This document shows positions 53,769-64,000 of a stretch of DNA of 64,000 bases, one piece after another; the first letter of the stretch is position 1; every line of letters starts with the position of its first letter. A program made the translations under genes and the position numbers. Under the pieces are notes generated by a model. The model ran no database searches and was not told the DNA's origin. It saw nothing but the letters and a program-made list of their open reading frames with translations. The stretch covers positions 169,942,001 through 170,006,000 of the forward strand of contig OZ024740.1 in the NCBI GenBank assembly GCA_964016885.1. Reading direction: 5' to 3'. The stretch is from Eledone cirrhosa. Lineage: Eukaryota.

Positions 53769-55232
53769 AATAGATGGATTTTCCCAGGGTTTGTTTGTAA
53801 TATATATATCGTTAACTTTTGAGAGAGGAAAAGTTGAAGAATGTCCACACACACACACACACACACATATATATGTGTGTGTGTTTGTGTGTTTGTGTCA
53901 CCGTTCTTATGTTAGATATATATATGTGTGTGTGTGTAGACGTTCTTCAACTTTTTCCTATCTTTAAAGGTAACGATATATTCATATTACAAACAAACAT
54001 ATATATGTCTCTAACTTAAGTACGATGATAAATACACACAAACATAAATATATATATGTCTTTACTTAAGTACAGTGATAATCTTGCACACACACAACAC
54101 ACAAAGACATGTCTATAATTTAAGAACGCCGACACACACGCGCGCGCATACACACACAGACCCATTACGACTTTTGTGAAAGAGAGAGAGAGAAAGAAAA
54201 GTAACGTTAAGAAAGGGGTGAGTTAAGAGGTGTTTAAAAAATAAATAAATAAAAGTTAGTTATCGAACTATGCTACCATTTTTCTGTTTTCTTTCTCTCT
54301 CTTCCCTAATCCCCCTCTCTCTCTTTCTTTTGCTCTCTTTCTCTCTTTCTCTGTCTCACTCCCCCTCTCTCTCTCACCTCCCCTCTCTAATCTCATCTCT
54401 TTTTCTCTTACCCCCTCTCTCGCTTTCTCTACAGAGTGAAGAACAAAAAAACAAATAAGTGGTTGCCTCATTTTGGAGGACTGAGTTGCGGGAGGAGGAA
54501 AGGGGTGTAGTGGGAGGTTAGGGTTAAAATAGATTAGTAGTATCTCATCTTCCCACTCTCTCACTGAAACGTCTTCTCTTTCCTCCTCCATTGTAAAGAT
54601 GTCCCCAGGGATTCCATTATTGATTTTTATTGAAATCCAATTAGCCAGTCCTGTTTCTGAATATACGCTTAACATGTATGTAAAGTTTCATCATGATCGG
54701 ATGACTGGTGTAGATGCCAACTGGTTATGCACATATACATAGATACACAGACAGACGGAAATTGGCATTTATAGAGTAGATTATATTTTCACATAAAAAT
54801 ATATATTTTCGAAAATAAAATTTTGTTATATCAGAATTTCTTACATATTTCCTACGAAATTCCATTTACATATTTCGAAAAAAATGTTGAATATATATGA
54901 AGACAGTAATATATATATATGACACATACACATACATACACACACATGCATATATATATATATATAAATATATTATATCAAATGGATACAACATATTTAT
55001 AGTAGTTTATATTCTATAAAAAACAATCTGATCTGGTAAAAATTGATGGAGGTATCATCTCTTGTAGTTACACGAAACGATTCCCTTGCCAAGTAAATTG
55101 ACAAGCAGAATTTCTTTTACAAAACCCCAAAATGGCTGAATGTTCTTGTAACGTTGGTAGTTACACACATCACTCAAATACATACAAATACGCGCACACA
55201 CAAACATACATACATTCACATAATCGCACACA

Positions 55233-55283
<51 letters not shown>

Positions 55284-56049
55284 TAGCGAGAATCGCATTT
55301 CGGCTATTGGACATTAGCGAAAGACAACTTCCGAGATGTGTGGCAAGCGCTCCATAGAAACTAGTGAACTAGAGCAACAACATACGTTAAAAGGCCAAAC
55401 ACACTGAGACGATGGTTAAACCATTATCCACAAAGCCATAGAAACGACCAAGCTATTCGGGTCAAACAAATAATAAAATATGATTGAAAATTATACACGG
55501 ACCCTCGGAAACGGTGATAAAATCCAATATGGGGTTTTTGCAACTGCTAAATCAGGTACTGTCTGCTTAAACAAATAATGTTAAGCTTTTGGTATGATGA
55601 TCGAACAAGGAAGTCACTTTTTCAACAGGCATTTAGTTCTATGCAAAGCTAAGGACTGACCGTTATCAAAACCCACGTGGGGTGTAATAAGGGAAACAAC
55701 CCCTAGTCTTGGCGGATGAATTCAGTATGTGTGGTTACTGCAAAATTGCAAAATATCACAAAACGAATTAAGCTCTCAACAGAATAGTTTTAAAAATTAA
55801 CATAAGCTAATAATCAGTCAATAGAATTAACTAAAAAAATCAAAATAAAAAAAATCATATATATATATATATATATATATATACAAGTAAAATAAAAGTA
55901 AATAGAGCCACCACCGCTTTCAACGAGGAGTATTGCAGTTGTCTAATCGAGAAAAATACTTAGTCATTGTATGTATACGTGACTGGGAATTCCATAAATA
56001 CTTGTACTAAGGTATTTCTTAAACTACATCAAGGCAACAGTGTATAACA

Positions 56050-56189
56050 GTTCGGATCTACCTGCCGAAACGGCCGGAGCTCATCTGTCGGGGTTCTGAC
56101 TCTTTTCATATCACCCACTCTACTAACCTAATTATTGAGTACTCTGCTGCGTTATGGTCCACCTGGTATCTTACCACACACACTTTGTT

Positions 56190-56231
<42 letters not shown>

Positions 56232-56444
56232 TGAGTGCTCTGAATCTGTTATAAACATTTATATTTGTTGAATTACCAACCAATTTAATATCCCTTCTGC
56301 TTTTATATATATATATATATACATATATATATGTATATATATATACACAGGAAAAGAGTCATGAGCCCGACGGCTGGGCTCCGGCCGTTCGATAGCTAGA
56401 TCCGAACGTTATGGTCCACCTGGTTCCTTACCACACTTTCTTTG

Positions 56445-56447
<3 letters not shown>
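56050..56447 (+). repeat. Two family B copies (56050-56190; 56350-56447)
   Basis: GAAAcggccggagctcatctgTCgggg plus tail gttatggtccacctggt. Confidence 0.7.
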
Positions 56448-56527
<80 letters not shown>

Positions 56528-56719
56528 GGGTATATATATGTGAAACAATAGTTCTCGGTATGGTGAACTAACCGTTATATATATAGGGGGAATCAATTTT
56601 GATTTTGTCTACATTATTCATCTTTTGACGAGATCAGATGAATTTGGAAATATATTTAGTTCCGAGAATTAAAAATAACATCAAACATTTGCTATCTTGA
56701 TTTGTTTTTCTCTAAAGTT

Positions 56720-57305
56720 ACAGCACCTACTCCAAGTGATCTTCATTTAATGTATTTCTTGAGGCTCATGGTAAAGTTTAGTATAATGTTTAAACAAACT
56801 GTCCTAGGGATGCTTGTGATCTCCTGTCTCATGTTTTCCTCAGTGATAGTCCTAGGTTTGTTGACATATACCCAAACCTTCAGATAACTCCAAAGAAAGA
56901 AATCTGTGCGCTTAAATCGGGGCTGTTTGCTGGTTCTCTCAAAATCTTCAAACTGATCACGATTTCCATAGATATTTTTCAGTCATTCTCGCGACTGATT
57001 GGAGGCGTGAAGTATACCTTATTCATTAGAGATACGCACATGTCCTGTAGATCCTTTTCGGGATTTCCAGGATCTCCACATAGCGTTCCGTTGTGACTGT
57101 AGCAGTCACACCATATTCTTCGAAAGAGAATGGGCCTATCAGCCCTCCCTCAGAAGTGGCATCCTAGACGGCACATGTAGCCGAGTGGAGGAGTTTCCCA
57201 GTCACTTCAGTGGGTCTTTCTTACTCCCAGAATACATTCATCTTAGAGTTGATCTTCCCCTCTAAGTGAGGTCCATATCAGATTCAGAAAACTTGAGTTG
57301 TTTTC
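56720..57305 (-). pseudogene. Tc1/mariner-superfamily transposase remnant
   Basis: PANSPDLS..DFFLWSYLKVWVYVNKPRTI..MRQEITSIP at ~56800-56935. Confidence 0.7.
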
Positions 57306-57362
57306 CATCATCTCCAGCATTTCTCATATATAGCCATTTTTATAACACATACTGAACCCCCC

Positions 57363-57421
<59 letters not shown>

Positions 57422-57539
57422 TAGGTTTATATATACATAAACTAGACAGAGCAATATAAATATATAATGTGTGTGTTTTTGGCAACCATTCATGGTGTAG
57501 CTCAATGAAGAATTAATTAAATAATCAACAATCAGAGTA

Positions 57540-57903
57540 ATATATAAGAAAGTAAGTCCATAGAATCATTTGATAAAATATATACAGTATTTCTCCTCCC
57601 AATCAGCATAATCAACCACATAAAAAATCAATTAAACGAGGCTATAAGTTTAAAATGTACCTATGAAGAAACAATAGATAAATAAATGATAGCTATTTTA
57701 TCCGCGATCAACAGCCACAGAAGATTTACCTAGTATTTCTAATAGCCCGAAGAGATTGATTAGATATATAGCCAACCGTACACAATCAAAGTTAGAAGAA
57801 AAATGTACGTAAACATACCAACATTTTTTTGTATGGTTAATTATGTTAATTGGGAGGAGAGATACTGTATATATTTTATAAAATGATTCTATGGACTTAC
57901 TTT

Positions 57904-57908
<5 letters not shown>
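57540..57908 (-). repeat. Family K tail with inverted duplication
   Basis: 57540-57627 mirrors 57824-57908. Confidence 0.75.
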
Positions 57909-57980
<72 letters not shown>

Positions 57981-58313
57981 TATAGAGTAAAGCATGTCCA
58001 GAGAATTATTTGATAATATATATACATCATCTCAACTCCCAATCAGCATAATTAACCACACAAAAAATCAATTAGACCAGGCTATAAGAATAAAAGGCAT
58101 CTATGAAGAAACAGTAAATAAATACGCCATTGCGGCGTCTTCGCGTGCAACCGCTATAAAGTATTTACCCAACATTTCAACACCACGTGGAAATATTTCG
58201 CTCTGATTAATTTATTAATTCTCCATTGAGCCACATCGTGAAAAGTTGCAAAAACACATATATACCTGTGACTTTGTTTAATTGGTGTATGTGTAAATAT
58301 TTATATTATATAT

Positions 58314-60520
58314 CTAAGGCGGGTAAAATTCCCGAGATCCATGGACGAGTTCTCTCCAGCGGTCTCTGTCCCTCATTATCGCTGCCATGTCCTGCGTCTC
58401 CAACAGACCAGTGTCTGTCCTTAGGGCATCAACATACGTTAACCTTGGTCTTCCTCTTCTAGTGTGTCCATGTAGGGGCTCCCAAAGGTGTACTGAGTGC
58501 AATGTCAACTCTGGATGTCGGTGAGCATGTCCAGCTAACCTCAGTCTCCTCTGTGTCACTTTTGAGCTGACTTTTGGGATGCTCCCATACAGCTCTGAGT
58601 TTTTCCTCCTCAGTGTATACTGATTAATGTTCAGAGCCATCCTCAGCATTCTCGTGTAGCACCCATCCACCATCTGAGTGAGTTTCTTGAGACTCCACTA
58701 CAGAGGTGGACCTTCAGGTCTCTATGAAGGTCGGACTTCCACACCGATCTCAAGCTGTGGCACGCCGCCCAGGCCTTGCTCTTCCTCTCAACCACATCAT
58801 CCTCCGTATTCCCAATCTTTGCTCCCAAATACAGGAAGTCCTCAACCAATTCCAGCGGCTTCCCGCCTACATTAGTGATCCCCTCTGGCTTCTCAACATT
58901 CTCTACCAGATATTTTGTTTTAGTCTCATTCATTCTCAGCCCGACACTCATCGACACAGTCTCAACCTCCCGCATCAAATCCTCCGCCTCCTTCACTGTA
59001 TTTGTCACCAAAACTATGTCGTCGGCAAATTCAGCATTCGATACCTTTTTCGCCCTAACTCTCCTGCTCTGAGCCGGTGCTACAGTAAAGCCAGAGTCCT
59101 GGTGTTTCTCCAGTGCAAGGCGCATACAATAGTCCACTACGATGATAAAAAGGTAGGGAGCATATGTATCTCCCTGGAGCACTCCAGCCAGTATCTCAAA
59201 GAACTCTGTCATCCCATCAGGTGTAATGACTTGGGCTTTGGTGTTGGTGTAGAGCAGTGATATCAGGTCCACTATCTTCTTGGGGATTCCATAAGCCTGT
59301 AAGATCTTCATCAGGCAGTAACGGTCCACAGAATCAAAGGCCTTCCTAAAGTCAATGAAAACCATGACCGCAGGAAGGCACTTTGCTCTAGCTCCCTCTA
59401 ATATCCTCCTCAGCATCAGGATGTGACTGGTGGTTGATCTACCCTCTCTGAAGCCGTTCTGGTTGTCCCTGAGCTTCTTCTCCATCTCAGGCTGGATCCT
59501 GTTAAGAATCATCCTGTTGAGGGTCTTTGCCACAAGTGACGTCAGTGAGATCCCCCGGTAGTTGTTGGTGTTAGAGAGATCTCCCGTCTTTGGCACTGGG
59601 ACCATGTTACTGATCCTCCACTGATTCGGGGCAACTCCTTTCTCCAGTGCCCCGTTACAGAACCCCAGGATAATATCATCAAAATCACTCCTCTTCATCA
59701 CCTCTGATGCCACTCCATCCTCTCCATGAGCCTTGCCCTCCTTGATCCTCTTCTTGGCTCTCTGAAGCTCCTCTCTGGTGAAGGGCTCTGTCTCAACATC
59801 CAGCTCCTCAAACAGCCGCCCGATCTCCCCAGTGCTCTGGGCTGTTGAGGGTGGCTCTCCTAGTAGGGTCCTAAAATGGTCTAGCCATTTCCTCTTCCTA
59901 TCCTCGGGCCCCGTTCCCTGGATCTGACTCGGAACCATACAGCTATTTCAGTACACTGGGTAGTGACCACCGGCTTGTTATGAGTGAGGTCCGCGTGAGC
60001 TTAAGAAAGAGCAAGGCTCAGCTTCGGAGAACAATCTATGACTGGGGAGCTTTCAAGGAAGATGATAAGCTACTGGAGAGATTCACAGTGGAAGTGAGAA
60101 ACAGGTTTAGTGCTCTGTGTGGAGAGTCAGAGGAGAGAGAGATTGGATGGACTGAGGAGAGTGTGACGAGGAGGTACGGGCACTTCACCAATGCAGTGGC
60201 GGAAGCAAGTGAAACCCTGGTGCCGAGGAAAAAGAACAAAGGGAAGCACGTCAGCTCTGAAAACCCAAAAGTGTGTGCAGTCAGAGAACACCTGAAAGCT
60301 GCCAGGGACCAATTCTATGGTGATGCTACGGAGGAGAGGATGGAGACAGTGGAGGTGATGAGGGAAGAGCTCTGTACCGCTTACACTGAGGTCAGAGAGG
60401 AGGCACTGATAGAGAAGATCAGAAGTGTGGAGAGAGCGGTTGACAGATCTGGATGTAGGGAGAGCTGGATGATCATCAACGAGATCATAGGGAGGAAGAG
60501 AAGGTGTTCGAATCAGATAT
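58314..60520 (-). mobile_element. RTE-clade LINE (same family as 20512-21583) with 5' inversion
   Basis: Minus 58314-59938 carries the RT (NYRGISL, QNGFR, DFRKAFDSV, GVLQGD, FADD). Plus ~59940-60520 carries the end of the endonuclease (LGSDHRLV) and linker (VEVRNRFSAL). TA flanks. Confidence 0.93.
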
Positions 60521-60700
60521 TATATATATATATATATATAAATACATAATCGGAGAAAGCTAATAGCGATACTCCGGCCAAATTCCAACTCACTCAACAA
60601 ACATTAGGAAATACCTGAGTATATTCCTAATTAAACGTTCGGGGTGCTAACTAATTGTATTGTGTGGAAAATTAGCTGTATCATTTCATACGAGATATAT

Positions 60701-60760
<60 letters not shown>

Positions 60761-60798
60761 ATGGCGTAGACATACTATGCAACGGGAGGAAACAATAG

Positions 60799-60843
60799 CA
60801 CTACTGACGATGTTGTAGATGTGCAACGAAAGAACTTTGATAG
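60799..60843 (+). ncRNA. Hammerhead in the PLE-2 5' pLTR
   Basis: cacta-CTGACGA-tgttgta gatg tgcaac-GAAA-gaac-TT-tgatag; core intact, stem I imperfect. Confidence 0.6.
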
Positions 60844-61894
60844 ACTGTATATATGCGTTTGTGTTTATATTGTATCTGTATTTTTGACCGTTGGTCAGTC
60901 AATGGCAACATTGAGGACAGAATAAATTAAATTAACCGATATAAAAGACACAGAAGCGTAAACCACCCAAACAGTGAGTGTGTTCTATTATTAATTCTGG
61001 CAATATTACACAAATATGACCCTCCCCAAGTATAACAATATTTGTTTCGACACACGATTTCATATCAAAAACCTCGCAAAACTAATTCATCGCCGTTATG
61101 GCATTAGCTTGTGCCAAGCTGAAAGGTTATTGAACGACACTGTTTTCTGTTATATAAAAACTACAATAACAACAGAACAAATCCGCCTCTTAAAACATTG
61201 TGTTTCCTTCAAAATATACACAACAAACATATCAAAATAAGTAAATAATTTATTATTAAACAAAACACAAGCTGAACGACTAACACACACAATAACAGTT
61301 AATATGAAAAGAACAACATACACAAAAGTTAACGAACTTTACAGTCAGAAACTCATTAACGGTAAGGAAGTCCGAAATCTCACCACACCAAACGAAAGGT
61401 ATGATTTCATGAGCGTCATTCGACGTGAAACGAAATACTCCCGAAACGAATGCAATAGGCATTTCTATAAGAAATTAGAATGGATGAATAAGAAAAAACT
61501 AGAAGAAAGAAACGTAGAATATTCTCAAAAATACCCAGATAACATCAACAATATCCGTATGACTGATGTAGAACTACCGGAAGAATTTACCAATGACCAC
61601 ACAGTAAATATTTATGGGAACACTTTAATCAGTGAACAAGAAAAACAAATTCTGCAGCTACCACCAACATTTGCCATCTACAAAAAGATTAACCCTATTG
61701 AGTGCAAAACGGAGCTGGAAAAGTGTTTCACAAAAATACGTTGGAATGCAAAAGTAAACAACAACAACAACTATACGGACAACAACAACAATAATAACGG
61801 TAGTAGTAATATATACAATAACACTGAGTATAGAAATAACAGCTATAATAGTAATAGTCATACCAATGACAATAGCAGGAGAGTGAGAAATAGT

Positions 61895-62085
61895 AATAAT
61901 TGTTTCTACTTTAGGCACAAGGCCAGCAATCCCCCAGTGCATTACTGGTACTTTATTTTATCGACCCCATAAGGATGAAAGGCAAAGTCAACCTCGGCGG
62001 GATTTGAACTCAGATCGTAAAGGGACGTAACTATGCTGGAAAGCATGGCGTCCGACCCTCTACCGATACTGCCAATCCACCGACC
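61895..62085 (-). mobile_element. SINE inserted into the Asn-rich linker of PLE-2
   Basis: Same family as 47305-47435; flanked by AAT repeats within the 61760-62510 AAC/AAT-rich tract. Confidence 0.8.
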
Positions 62086-62744
62086 ATAATAATAATAATA
62101 ATAATAATAATAATAGAAACATTAACTACAGACACAGCAGCAGCGACCACAGTAGTAATAACGGTAACAGTACGAATAACAACAACAACAACCACAGTGG
62201 TAATAATAGAAATAATACATGTAGCAACATTAATGATAGACACAACAAAAACAAGAAACATAATAAAAGTAACAACCACAATGGTAGAAATAACAGTAAC
62301 AACAACAATAACGGTGGAGAAAACAACAACAATACATCTAACAATCACAGCAACAATACATCTAGCAATCATAACAACAATACATCTAACAATCACAGCA
62401 ACAATACATCTAGCAATCATAACAATAATAATGCTAATGATAGGTACAACAACAACCACCATAATAACAATAATAGCAACACACACAACTATGACGTTAG
62501 ATATAATGACAACCCCTTAGAGAAACTATTCTTCAACCCAGCTGACAAAACATATAAGATGGGTAATATCTATCCTACGAGGTTACCTTTTAATAAAAGA
62601 GTTTGCATACCACAACAAATAGATGACGAGACAGAGGCACAGTTCACCATAGCTAGAAATAAGATGAGACAAATAGTAGACCGGTAAACTAAGATACAGA
62701 GCAGACCAGAGGTCCAACAACTTGGGAGGAAACCTGTAGAAGGC

Positions 62745-63866
62745 TTGGTTAGCCTCAAGCAGCGCACAAGGGATGGTGAGGTAGTATGTCTACCCACGGA
62801 TAAGTCTGGTAGGATGTCAATAGACAGCATGCCGAACTACATCAAGGCTATGCAACCCCACATCACCAACACGAGCGAAATTGCACAGCAAATACATGAT
62901 GGGAGAGAGAAAATCCTCAACGCTCACATGATGATGTGGACCGACATCCTAAAGCCAAGCAGACGCACTGCCAACAACTTCCAGGTGTCTAACAATAGCA
63001 TACCACCCTTGTATGGGCTCCGCAAAGACCACAAGACAGTCGACGAACAGGAGACAGACAGTTTAATATTGATCGCAGACTTGGTACGAGTGATGAAGAA
63101 CGTGTCCCGCATGTGCGACCCAACAGAAATGGAAAGACACATCCAACACTTCATCAACCGCATGCAGTTCTCTGGCTACAGCCAAAGAGACAGAATCAGA
63201 GTATACGAAGGACACACGGAGAAGTATAAGACCCTCATAGAACTGGACATGAAAGGAATTTGCCCATTACACAGGAGCAAATCATGGAATAGCTTAGATA
63301 GGGCTAGACATAAGATAAGGAAAGCCACCTCATGGTACGACAACCAGAGATACCAGAGTGTCATGTTTGTGGACGCTACCCCTGGAGGGAAATTAGCTAA
63401 CCAGTGTAGAAACGCCCTGAGAAAGACCCACTTAAAGATTATGGTGGTAGAAAAGCCAGGAACCTCCATAAAATCCCTGATCAGCAAAACATACCCTTTT
63501 AAGAAAACCCACTGTACTAATAGGAAATGTATCATATGTAAAGTAAACCCCCGGATAAACTGTAAAACTAGAAACGTAGTCTATAGCATAAGATGTACAG
63601 AGTATACTTGCAGAAACATGGCAACAACATACATAGGCGAGACAGCTCGTAGCATAGGTGAAAGGATAGACCAATACTGGGGGGAACTAAAAGGACGAAA
63701 AAACGGTTCAGTACTATACGAACATGCCAGACGACAACACGACGGTAACACAGACAACATAGAAATTAGAATAATATCTAAACATAGAAATGACCCAGCA
63801 GATAGGCAAATCAGAGAGGCCAGTGAAATAGAACTTAGAAGGCCAAGGCTAATCAGAAAAAAATGA
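62745..63866 (+). CDS. PLE-2 ORF segment: RT N-terminal extension fused in frame to thumb + GIY-YIG
   Basis: No RT motif 3-7 sequence (no YxDD) lies between GLRKDHK and LIADLVRVMKN. Confidence 0.8.
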   Translation: MVSLKQRTRDGEVVCLPTDKSGRMSIDSMPNYIKAMQPHITNTSEIAQQIHDGREKILNAHMMMWTDILKPSRRTANNFQVSNNSIPPLYGLRKDHKTVDEQETDSLILIADLVRVMKNVSRMCDPTEMERHIQHFINRMQFSGYSQRDRIRVYEGHTEKYKTLIELDMKGICPLHRSKSWNSLDRARHKIRKATSWYDNQRYQSVMFVDATPGGKLANQCRNALRKTHLKIMVVEKPGTSIKSLISKTYPFKKTHCTNRKCIICKVNPRINCKTRNVVYSIRCTEYTCRNMATTYIGETARSIGERIDQYWGELKGRKNGSVLYEHARRQHDGNTDNIEIRIISKHRNDPADRQIREASEIELRRPRLIRKK

Positions 63867-64000
63867 ATGGAATAACAACGCCCAAACAAACAACACTGAC
63901 CTAAGAGAAGTATATAAATAAATATATAAATAAATAAATAAATAGATAAATAAATAAATATATACACAAGCACAATAACAACAAACACATATGAACACAC

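Larger units (their letters stand above)
51257..54780 (-). mobile_element. Internally deleted Helitron with nested inserts
   Basis: 5' end A|TCTACTCTATAAATG at 54780. 3' hairpin tacccgg-gaatca-ctgggta + CTAG|T at 51257-51286. RepHel remnants lie inside. Confidence 0.7.
60760..64000 (+). mobile_element. Penelope-like element PLE-2: 5' pLTR with HHR, long N-terminal region, RT core deleted, GIY-YIG retained
   Basis: pLTR 60760-61040. ORF from 61016 with stops at ~61238 and ~62685. Motifs TDKSGR, PPLYGLRKDHK, thumb, CTNRKCIIC, NVVYSIRC...YIGET, RQIREA. Confidence 0.88.

Noticed and set aside
62031-62520. Hydrophobic or Thr-rich ORFs
   Set aside because: They are alternative frames of the AAC/AAT-rich linker in PLE-2.

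Overview
This is AT-rich animal DNA saturated with microsatellites ((TA)n, (CA)n, (CT)n, (TATC)n). The SINE sequences suggest a cephalopod such as Octopus, which is an inference from pattern recall. No host gene is supported, and most short ORFs in the track are microsatellite artefacts. Recognisable elements: two Penelope-like elements (PLE-1 is an RT + GIY-YIG copy bracketed by a ~640-bp inverted repeat; PLE-2 has an in-frame deletion of the RT core), two RTE LINE copies with 5' inversions, Tx1/L1, CR1, RTE and CRE fragments, a decayed Ty3/Gypsy, a Helitron, Tc1/mariner remnants, MITEs and SINEs. The main hidden signal is more than 20 type I hammerhead ribozyme (HHR) motifs, about 10 with an intact CUGANGA...GAAA-(palindrome)-UH core. 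They sit in at least 10 different short non-coding families that are inserted in (TA)n and mostly carry fold-back inverted duplications. One ~420-440-nt family occurs as circularly permuted 0.9-1.4-mer copies, as expected for a retrozyme copied from a circular or multimeric RNA, probably mobilised by the PLE machinery. All alignments and folds were done by eye, so boundaries are approximate.
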